From positions 20,212,001 through 20,276,000 of the forward strand of contig CM022667.1 of the NCBI GenBank assembly GCA_012295275.1: DNA of 64,000 nucleotides. Reading direction: 5' to 3'. The notes under the pieces are model-generated. The model had not been told where the DNA came from. It worked only from the letters and a program-made list of their open reading frames with translations, and made no database searches. A program made the translations under genes and the position numbers. Positions 27,865-40,300 of this stretch are shown here, piece after piece (the first letter of the stretch is position 1; each line of letters begins with the position of its first letter). This stretch comes from Chrysomallon squamiferum (lineage: Eukaryota; Animalia; Mollusca).

Positions 27865-30800
27865 TAATAATAAAAGTGTTACTAGTGTTTATGCACCACT
27901 GACTCAACATTTCTTTGAAGCTACAGAAGGCAGAATTACTTACAAATAAAATTAAAAAGTAGTAGTAGTAGTGGTAGTAGTAGTAGTAACTAGATATTAA
28001 CAGAAAAAAATCATTTTCAGTATAAACAGTTAAGTTGAAGTATGCCAAGCTTAGCACCATCTGGAACAAGATGAATTAAATTCATGTTATTTGCAAGAAT
28101 TTGAAATGATTTAAAAAAAGTTTGAACAGATTAAAAGAAGGTGGATCATTTACTATAACATTATCAGTCAGCATTCAAGAATAATAATAATAAAAAACAT
28201 GTATGTTACATATTACACTGTCTTTTTTTCACTTATCGTTCGGATGAAGTTTTCTTGTATAAACACTGATATTACAGAAAAAAGCAAGCTGGAGCAGATA
28301 ATCAAATTTATATCTTTCTTTTAAACAATATTATTTATTCAGTTTTTCATTTAAGTACTTTTTTTTTTTTTTTCATAAAATTACAACAACATTAAGCCAG
28401 GACTGAACATCAGAAAATAACATCAAAATAAATTAATAAATGTTGGAAAAACAATGCACACACAGAGAGACACACAGACACCCCCCACCCAAAGACACAT
28501 CATTTAAGAAAACTTTTCTTAAAGTTCAAGGCGATATCCAAAAAAAAAAAAAAATATTTTCAGCAATATTTATTACTAATCAATATCATGAACTTTGAAG
28601 AAAAAAGATAGGGAGTGATAGCCAAGAAATAACTTTCAGATAAATGTAAAAGATTAAAGGAAGTAAAAATTCTTTGGCTCCAATTTTAGATAGAAAAACA
28701 TATAGCACAGACATGGAAAGACCATTTTGCAGCCAGAACTTGTCATAAATTTTATATAGAAAAATATTATTCTTTCAATTTTTGTTTTCAGTAATTTTTT
28801 ATTTTGTTTTAATGCCTGGACCTAACACCAAAAAATAATGTCAAAATATAAAATAATGAATGTTGTAAAAACAGTGTACAGACACACACTCTTAAAGTTC
28901 AATGTGACATTAAATAAGGAAAGTGAAATATAATAAATCTGCAGATTCTTTTTGATTCCCATGACAGCAAAAATGTCTCAACTGGATAAAATTATTAATT
29001 GGATTGGTTGTTTGTTAGCTTAGCAGTTACATCATACTTAAGACAGGACAAACAAACTTCTTCTGCTCTGCCAAACACTGTCAGACTGAAATCAGTTTTT
29101 TGGGGGAGCACAGTCGCAGACAGTTTAATTATTAATGTTGTAGACAGCTGTTGTAAAAATCAGATTTGAATCAAGTGTTTGCTGGACTGAGATTACCGAC
29201 ATATTAACACAAATCTGAAATGATCCTGGTAACACGACTTGACATGTGAGACTGCAGCGAAATGAAAATAGACAAAACTGTCATTTCACATTAGCCCAAT
29301 CCAGACTCCGATCTCTGCACTCTGCAGCATTGATTTTTATAAGTCTAATATCCACCACAGGAAGATATATAGCAATCAATAAACATCAAAATAGATATCT
29401 TTAAATACTTATTTTTAAACGTGTACAATGTAACCATTGTTGTACAGTGGCTGCAAAATGCAGGGCTAAATGTTAAATGCAAGTATGATGTTTCTAAAAT
29501 ATCTTTGTTCTTGACATTTATAACCACGGTGGGTGCATTACAGACACACATACACACCCTCACTCACACCCCTACACCACAAAAAATGTGAAAGAATGTG
29601 TTAAATAATTGGAAGTATTCCATAGTAAATTATATTAGTAGTAAGTTTAACTGATTCTAGGAAAAAAGTCACAGGAAAAAAAAGTCACAATTTTAATTAA
29701 GTTTAAGAAACTATTAGAAATGAAAGACAGATTAAACACATTTTGTCAGAGTTTTTTGTTAATGTTCTTTGATTTTTATGTTAGTGGATTAGGCAGATGT
29801 TCCACCCAATATCATGAAGAGATTCTGCCAATTACAAATAGATCTTTTTAGGCATTTCCACCAGAACTTTGTTTTGTGAGTTGCATGTTTGGTATACATG
29901 AACCCTTCATAACAGAATAACTTCCATATTAAACAAACTCCTGATATTAGAGCAAACTGGAGAATATATAGTGAAACACATTTTAATCTGGGACATTTTA
30001 TAAATCATTTACAATAGGAAGCCCTTAGTTTAAATATATCCTAATCAGTAAGCTAGACAAAGTCACCACTCCTGCACAATATGAAGCCCCTTTCTTTAAT
30101 TTAGCCTAATTAATAAGGCTAACAATTACCCCATGCATTCTATGATGCCACATTCAATACTCTACAAACTCATGCATTTTGTGACTTTTTTCTAAGATTT
30201 TTTTTTCCTATTCTAAACTGTGATTTTTTCTGTCTTTTTTCTCACCACCAGTTTAACCAACTCAGAAAGCATCATTACTTTATATTCCTTTATGAAAGTA
30301 ACTGACATGTTAATACTAATTTTTGTCAACTAATTTTTGGCATGGACAATTATTAAAAGATGAACATTTGGTATTTGTTTTATTATATTAAAAAAATCTA
30401 TGTCTTGTACTACTTTTACTGAATCTAACAACCACTGGATTTTAATGTACATCACAAAGAGATTTTTGATAAATGGCCTCAAGACACTGGTTAGAACTGG
30501 AAATATTTATCAGTTTTGTCACAGTTTGATGCTTTAACTACTGAGTTGCAAACAAATGACTGTAATATGTAGTTAAAAAATTAAAAAAAACTCAAAACAC
30601 AACAACATTATTTTTAACTGCCAGTGATTTATTTGAAAACAATTTTTCAGAAAAGTAGATAAATGAAAAGAGAACTGGTCACTGCATTTTATTTGTTTAT
30701 GAGTAGAGGTAATTTACCAAACTAAACTGCCAAAGCCTGTTTCAAAAAGTGAAGTGACTCTGTGAGAAGTTTGGTAGAACAAACAGGTTGCTGACGTCAT

Positions 30801-33800
30801 GTCTCAGCTGCTATTTTAGTTATCTGCATCTGACAGTGAGTGTCGGCCTGCACTCGGATCAACTGCGCTATCCAGTCAGCGTGACACAATCTCATCAAAA
30901 TACACACACAGGTGTTACAACTGCTAATTAGTCTGTGGAGAATCTTTTCTCACACCAATTTTCCATTCACTTCCTTTGCTCATCTTTTGTGTCTGCCCTG
31001 TCATGTTAATGTAGCGAAGGCAGTACCCTTAGGTCTACAAAAATTTCCTTGTTTTTCTTGGCATTATGCAGTCTCTGTTTTTAAAACAGATTTGCTTGCC
31101 AGACACATTTACTGTGTAAATGGTATCAGCATTAACAAGAAGCTTAAAAATTGTAAGAGCTATATTAAAAAACAAATTTAAAAAAAATATATTACTTAAG
31201 TTGTTGTAAGATTATTTCTTAAGGTTGGGAAGTCTACGTATCACTAAAATCACGACAGTCAGTATAGATTTCTGCAGTTAACACCTAACCAATTTATATG
31301 CATCGTTTCCTTTTAATCAGTCTTAACATGGATCACTATGTTGTGTGCCTCAGCATACAAATACATCAGTATTCAGTACAACTAGCTTTTGTAAATTAAT
31401 TAGTAACATTTTTCTCTTGTTGTCATTACCTCATGAGTTTATGTTGACACACACACACACACACATGCACACGCACATACACAGACACACATACATATTT
31501 TTATAAGCATCAAATGAGCATACAATTTCAATAAAATATAGCATCACAATTTTTAGAAAATCACTGATTTAAAGTTTTGTTTTAAAATTTAAAAAGAGAC
31601 AAATTCGTCCAGAAAGAAAAGTTCAGTTTATTTATTACTACATTAGATCAAGTAATTTTATTCTAAGTTAGAAAGAAAAGTTCAGTTTATTTATTACTAC
31701 ATTAGATCAAGTCATTTTATTCTAAGTTAGAAAGAAAAGTTCAGTTTATTTATTACTACATTAGATCAAGTCATTTTATTCTAAGTTAGAAAGAAAAGTT
31801 CAGTTTATTTATTACTATATTAGATCAAGTCATTTTATTCTAAGTTAAAAAGAAAAGTTCAGTTTATTTATTACTAAATTAGATCAAGTAATTTTATTCT
31901 AAGTTAACTAATACGTTAACTATTTTTAAACTATCACCAGTTATATGTTATTTATGAAATATTTATCTCTGTTTCAATCAGCCACAACAGATGTAAAAGA
32001 AGCACATGAAAAATAAATTAACACTGAGGTAATCTCACAAGAACTGGTGCTGATTTATTTCAACTTCGAGTTTATCTTACCTGTGGTCTCCAGTACCTGA
32101 GTTTCTTCTCTGCCATTAGGCTGAGCGCAGCTTTCATACTGAGGTGTTTTTTTGTCTAGGAATGAACTAGTTTCCTCACACGCCTCAACTTCAACTGCAG
32201 TGCTTGGTGCATTAACATCTATTGTCTGAACAGCTAGCAGCTTCATTTTAATTAGTAGTTAACCAAAAATTTCCTTCCCATTTCCATAAATTCTGTTTCT
32301 AATAAACCAATACATGACGTTGAGAAGCAAAGTAAAAAGGTAAATGATACAAACTAATAAAAGTAATGTGATAACATTTACTGAAAACCTAAAAAGCAAC
32401 AAACCAGCTGTTTCATATTCCTATTATGTGTCTAGATGAAAAAAAAAAGTCCTTAAAAATAACAAATCACACATCAAAGAGAATGAAGCCAATGTCAAAG
32501 AAGAGTCCAGCTGAATCACATTATACGCGTATACTTATTTCTATTACTTCCTCTTTTTTTTTTCTCCTTCTTCTTTTAATTTTTTTTTTTTTAAATTTAA
32601 AAACCTGGTCAGTGGTGGCCTGATCCACTCATCTGTCAGACAAAACAGCTGCACTCTTCAGTCGCTGCCCACGTTATGCAATCTGAACAAACTGCAACAC
32701 CAACAGCATTGAATGGCTTTGGGAAGATGATAACTCGAAGACTGGCACAGATAATGAAAAAAACAGAGAAAGTTTTATCATCAACTGTTTTGTAACTTAG
32801 TTCTAAAAATGCCAACTTGTAAGCTCCGTGTACTCACAGGAAGGAGTTTAGTGGTTAAAATGGCATTGGTAAGCTGAGGAGATATAATCGAGTAACTCAA
32901 AAGTGTTCTCCGAATTCACCACAATCAATAACAGTTCAGAGTTGACTGCTGTACGTGATTCTATGTGTTGAAGATTTTTACAAGCAGATGATCAAAAGAA
33001 ACAAAGACAAAGTCTATTAAATAAGAGTTACAAATTTCTAAAAATATCAGTGATATATAAATCAGATTTTTATACAGTCCTCACTTCAGCTTACAGCAGA
33101 ACTAATCATAGTTGAAATATTATTACTGACTCTTATATTACAGAAAACCAATCAAATTAAAATCACAGAGAATATCCTCCACTAGGAAGAAAGAAAGAAA
33201 ACACAGAATTAAAAACTACAAATGCCTTCTTAAAAAATATGATTAATAAATGCATTTTTAATATGAAATAAGTGCAAAAAAACATGTATTTGTTAAAATT
33301 TATCAATATATATATGTAATATGTATTTATTTTTATTTAACTTATTTTAGTTTTATTAAAAAATTAAAATTAATAAAATAAAATAAAATAAATAAAATAA
33401 TCAATCAAAAATGTATTTATGTAAAAACGTAAAACATAAAAAATAACCTGCCACCATTACAAGTAATTTGTAGTTTTGGTAAAAGATGTTACTGACCAAC
33501 ATCAAAATGTTAAACCAGTGGTGTTTTCACTTTGTACAAAGTTACAGTTCTGGTAGGTGTTAGCTACCCTGGGCCACTTAGAGAGTGGTAAGTCTACTGT
33601 ATCCTCCATAATCTCCAACTAATTTCAGACAAAACAGCTTCTACAGAGCGTGCCAGACTTTGAATGAATGTAAGCATACTTCAAATGTTTTATTAATATA
33701 CAAATATCCACTACTTTCAGTCTGTTTCTTTATAAATCCTGCCTTAGTTTTCCCAGATTCTTCTTAAACAATTATTTTGAAACACACTATTTTCAACTAA

Positions 33801-34740
33801 CTTCATTACAATCCAGACTGACTTTTTAAATAATCTACTTTGTACATGTAAACTGAGCCCAAATATCTGATAACCATGTTGAGAAGGTCCGTGCTAAACT
33901 ATGTTGAGTTAGTTACACATTTTACACTTATTCTGAATTATTTTATTATTTTATGATAAGACTGAATCTCAAGCTATTATTAAATTCTTACAAATTTTAC
34001 ATGTATTCTGGGATATTCTCTGTTGTTTTATGAACAAACTGAATGTCAAAACTATTATTAAATTTTTACATATTATACATGAATTCTGTTGTATTCTCTG
34101 TTATTTTATGAACAAACTGAAACCAAAAAGTATTGTTAACTTTTTACATATTTTATATGTATTCTGTGGTATTCTCTGTTGTTTTATGAACAAATTGAAT
34201 CTCAAAACTATTATTAAATTTTTCCTATTTGTTTTTGAAAACTTGAAGTTTTAATGACCAAAAATGACAAGTGAGAAAAATAGAATATCATAAATACTAA
34301 TATAAAAAGGAAAAAAATGATTACAACTATAAATGAGACATTTTAATGTGTTTTAAACTGAATTAAAAAACGATAAAAATGAAATATATACATGCTTAGC
34401 TTTACAATGAAAAATAGTTTAAGCTTGGATTACAATGCATTATTGATATTCTTGAGAAAAAAAATGGTTTTCAATATCAAGAACGAGAAGGAAACTATTT
34501 TTAAACTATGTATTCTCAACAGAATCTCAATATTAGCAAAAAAAGAAAGAAAAAAGAGAGTTAATTACAACAGTGTGGTTGAATGTATCACAGAAAATGA
34601 TAAACAACAATGTGGAAGATTATTAAAACTAAGAATCTGGCACAAAACCATACCAACTGGTGTATTTTGAATCTGGAAATCTGATTATGTTAGAAGTGAT
34701 TGACAAAATAGTAGTAAGCTACTTAATGCCTATAGCTATA

Positions 34741-34788
<48 letters not shown>

Positions 34789-35573
34789 CAAAAACACACA
34801 TTAATACCACATGTAAAATAATTAAAATAAAATTTTAAAAATAATAAAACATAAAAAATAAATCTAGAAAATCTTTCTGAACTGAAACTTAGATCTAGAA
34901 CAGTAAAAGACAAGCTCTGTTACTTTTTTTTTTTTTTTTTTTAGAATATTTCTTTCCACTGGCTTCAGCAATCAATTGAAGGTTGAGCAAAATGACCAGA
35001 CAATCACAACTACAAATGACAATTTCCGACATCCAAGGTTTCAGTAGGTAGTGTTAACTAACAAGCCAGTTTTGTGCAAGTCAGCATCCGACACATGACA
35101 CAATTAGCCACCTCACAGACATGTGACCTGCTTCTTTTCTTTGCCAATCGCGGCATGCAAGGTACAGGTGATGGTAATTCCCATCAGATAATGGATTTGA
35201 TTCTGCTAGGAAATTTGTTTGCTTGGGATGAATAAATCAAGCTAAGTGTGAACTCTTGACAACACTAAAGTCTTTAACTAATCTGGCAACATAAAATTCA
35301 GTGGCTGGAAAATAACTTTAAAGTAATGTACTGCTCACAGGGTGCTTGACTGGAAAACAGCAAAAATGTTTCTTGAGGAAATTTCATAAAAACAGTGAAG
35401 ACAATGGCTATAAAATTTTGTTATTAACAGACAGAGACACATGCATGAACATTTTTACAATTTTTTAAAAATAAAATTGTTTTAAAATGACTGAAATTAT
35501 CCTCTCTGTCTGACTGTCTGTCTGTCTCTCTGTCTCTCTTTTTTTCTCTCATACACACTCACAAACACAAACA

Positions 35574-35628
<55 letters not shown>

Positions 35629-36099
35629 CAGATTTAATTCAGCAATTTGTCACTTTCTTCATTGCTTCCATTGCAGCAAATAATCTCATTTCCAGTCTCA
35701 GCAAATCATTTATCCAAACAATTACATTATTCATCAGTTGAAATGTTTCTTTAACTTGAAGTCTCTAATACACTTCATGTCTTTAAACCAGCTACTCAGT
35801 GTTACATGTAACACAATTAATGGAACCCAGTTCCAGCAATATTTCCATTCTAATAACAGTAAAGTGGCTCCTGTGTTGATAATTCTATAATTTCCAGCCA
35901 ATTATTCCCATCACACACACACACACCCATATTAAACACTAGTTAAACTGCAATGTTATCTGATGAAAAACATGTTGTTTGCTCATTGCTGAAATACAAC
36001 CTCAAGAAAAGTAATAATAATCTGTGCAGGAGTAATGCATATCAATTATTCCTAATTAGATTTAGAATTTACAAAATTATGTGTAGAATTAGGTTTTGA

Positions 36100-36160
<61 letters not shown>

Positions 36161-36513
36161 TATTATATATAAAATCTTAAAAAGGACATATATTCCTTGA
36201 TATTTTAGAATTATGTTTATAGAATTTTCCATAATGAAAATAAAAAAAACAGTTATATATTTTTTAAGAATAATTATATTAGTAACAAAATGCATTAAAA
36301 TATTGTGAGTTTAAAATATATCTCAATTAATCTATGACCAACTAAAACTGGAACTTAACATCCTCTAAATTAAGCCCTGTTTGGAAAATTAATTTTATTA
36401 TAGACTACTAATTAGCTCTGATTCACACCATATCAACACTTACAATAATTTATTTACATTTTTAGGTGAAATATTTTTTCAGTGATCAAAACATTTTATT
36501 ATAAATGGTGTGA

Positions 36514-36550
<37 letters not shown>

Positions 36551-37233
36551 TGCGTATGCATGTGAGTGTGTGAGTGAGTGTGTGTGTGTGTGAGTGTGAG
36601 TGAGTGACTAGGTGAGTGTATGTGTGTGAAAGTAAGAGAAAGAGAATTTAGTTTCTGTACCTTTCTTTCCTATCCATACAACTCTCTCATTATTTTTTCT
36701 TAATCATAATGGTAATGATCATGATTACTGTTATTATGATGATATTATTATCATTATTTAGTGAATTTTTGCTGATAATAAAAACCCAAAAATACAAAAA
36801 TGCAGGAGTAAAGTTTATACAAAATAAACAATTTTATTTCTATATTTTTATGTCATTACCGTCAGTTTTGTAAGATAATATACATTAGTAATGCAGTATG
36901 AGGTCATATGAAATGACAAAATACAGCAGTAATTTAATTATAAATCTGACAAGCTAACATTTTGGCACTTTTAATCAATTTCTCGCCTAATCAGTTTAGT
37001 ACAGCTTGAGAATTTCTTGTCTGAAATAAGAAAGAGAAATGAATTTCTTCATTAGTTCCAGACACCATTATCCGGGTATCTCAATACATCTATAGCGCCA
37101 AGCATTTCAATAAGAATTAACCAGCTTTGTTTTATTTGTATTAATAAAATAGAAAGGTCTACTTAATTGTTTTTCCAAAGGATCATGTTTCTTTATATAG
37201 ACAGGGAGAAAAGAAAGGAAAACAAAGAAAGAA

Positions 37234-37315
<82 letters not shown>

Positions 37316-40300
37316 ACTAAATTATTTTATATCATACTGGCAACCTTTTATTATTAATTAGGTTTTAACAGTCTTATAATAAATTATGTGTCTAATAACA
37401 GAAATTCTTAATCATAATTAATTTATTATCTGTTTTAATAAATAAATAAATAAAAAAAAAAAAAAAAAAATAAAAAACTTTCTACTATAAATGGAGATCA
37501 ATTTCTCAATTACAACTAAAAAAAAAAAATAAAAAATAAAAATTATTTTCTGTTGGAAGTTACTCAATTCAGTTATTTAATTTGCTGTTTGTTAGTAACA
37601 GAAACTCTTGAAATAAAATCAATAACAGTTCTCCATAATCTTTAATAAAAGTACAAAACAGAAGAAATCATCATGTGAAAGTCATTCATTAATGAACTCA
37701 ACACTAAGGAAACTAACAGATTGCACATGTTAAATATGGAAAACTCACTAAACACAAACCCATTTCTAATCCTTGCCTCTAACAAATTTAAAGCAAAGAA
37801 ATATTTTTATTATTATTGTTGTTGTTATTATTATCACTATTTTTTTTTTTTTCTGGAAGATTAATGACAAAGCATTTTGTAGTCATCTGAATGAATGCAA
37901 GTGGGTGAGGTTACTGTGATTTATCTGTAGAAACAATATCTTTGTGAAAGTCATTCATTAATGAAGTCAACCATAAGGAACTAACATGTCAAATATGGAA
38001 AACTCACTGAACACAAACCCATTTTGAATCCTTGCCTCTAGCAAATTTAAAGCAAAGAAATATTTTTATTATTGTTGTTATTATTATTATTATTTTTTTG
38101 TTTTTTTCTGGAGGATTAAAGACAAAGCATTTTGTAGTCATCTGGAAGATTAATGACAAAGCAGTTTGTAGTCATCTGAATGAGTAAACTATAATAAATT
38201 AAAAAGGGGGTGAGGTTATCTGTAGAAACAATATCTTTGTTCAACTGACTGATTTGTATTTTTAGAAAAAGTGATTTCTTTAAACGAGTTTCAGCAAATA
38301 TGTATATCTTTAGTAATTCATTGTTTTAAAAACTTTTTTGTTTTTAAGTATGAATGAAAGTGTTAGTTCTCTCTATCTATATATGCATTGTATACATGTT
38401 TGTACATGTAGGTGTGCCTCCAATGCATCTGTTTGTTCCTTAAAAAAATCATAACATTACTTTTTTTTAAATAATGTAAGTTATAAAACTCTTTTTCTAT
38501 AAATAATGCATTTTTTCTCTCTTTTTTGCAATCATACAAATATAAACCAATTAGATAACATCAAACTGGCTTTTACATGATACGATCACATTGTGCGAAT
38601 GACTTTACTACAGACAGTACTTTCAGCACCTTTGTCTATGAGATGAAGTAAAGAAAACATCATTCTACAGAACCAGCCATCTGCTTAATCTGAAAGTCAT
38701 ATTTTTAATAAACAAGTGTAGGTTCCATGCTGATTTATTTCTGTCTATTACATTTTGATGGCACTGACTATGTCCTGAATCATTGCAATATGATATAGAG
38801 CAGTGTTGTTATATTATTTCTACACTGTAAGAGATAGTGAAAACCTGTGTATTGACAGTGGCCTGGAATTTAAAACATCAGTTCTTTGATGTGTGAAAGA
38901 AGAAATGGTGAATTTAATTGTAACAAAAGTTATACAAAAGCAGACAATATAAAGTTTGTATTTTGTCATTTTTAAATTCTTCATCATTTCTTAATTGTTT
39001 AAAGTAAATAAATAAATAAATAAATAAATAATAACAAATAATTAAATAATTTAACTTCGAAACAGGCTGCAAAACAAAGATATTAAATTTAAATTAAAAT
39101 GAAAAGAGCAGGAGGAAAATAATTTTTAATGATTCCAAGACACTTGCTGAAAACACAAATAATTAAACTGAAATTTATGTCATATCTAAACAATAATAAA
39201 CCAGTTTGATATATAAATGTGTTTAAAAAATAATAATAAAGCAAGTGTAGAACTGCTAGAAGGGAAATCAAGCAAGATATTTACAATCAATATAAAACTA
39301 AATTTTAAATGTTCACTGCAACCCAAAGCTGATTACTACTTCCAGTGTTAAAGTTACTGCACCATTCTCCATTATAAATGTTTACTTACAAAACATGCAG
39401 GCACATAGCTATACACACAAGCCAAGCAAGCAGAACCAAATCATAATTACCAAAAATAATACCAGAACTCCCAGCTGGCATGGCAACAACATCAAAAATA
39501 TATGAAAAGAAAGAACAAGAACAAGAAATACATTTTTGAAAAAAAATAAAAAATAAATAAATAAAAATATAAAAAAGAAAGAAAAAACCAAAAATATAAA
39601 CAGTATATATTAACAGTAATACATTAATTTTTAATAGATATAAAAACAAAGACTTAAAAAAGAAAACTGAAAGAAAACAGAAAATAATACAACACATATT
39701 TAATACCTTTTAATATTTTTATTTAAGTTGTTTAAGTTTCAGTAAGATAAAATTACAAAGACACAGGTTTGCTTGTAATCAAATCAATGCAAAACAGCTA
39801 ACAGTGAAAGTTGACAAGGAAACTGTGTTACTCTGCTGAAGTAAAAAAAATTGATTGCTGTTGTGTTGTAAATACATCAGCATATTATCTTGTTGTTGTA
39901 GAGCTTTATCAGTTAGTTTTATCGTGTAACTGAAAATCCAACAGTTTAAAAATACTTTTATCTATTTTGCATTTATGAAGGAATATCTATTAATGGAGAT
40001 CATTAACTGATTATCTGGGTTCATGTTCAATATATTTTATTACCACAAAATCTGTGTAATAGTAATAATAATAATAACAATAAAAATATAAAATAGTCAT
40101 TTATATTTAAAATTCAATTGAAAACCAAGAGCAAACAAAAGTAAAAATCCACATTTTTGTCTCTAGCATCAAATCTTTAAAAAACACCCATTTCATTACT
40201 GATACTTTAAAAAAAAAGGTTGAAAAGGGTTCTTCCCCTTCTTCATTTTTTTTAAATAATCATGTTCATGAGGATTTTTAACAAATGCTACAAATGAAAA

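Noticed and set aside
39386-39500. GTAAGT donor with upstream ATGs as a third KCC first exon
   Set aside because: The longer ATG frames stop or exit in the wrong phase, and the phase-1 frame creates TGA on joining exon 2.
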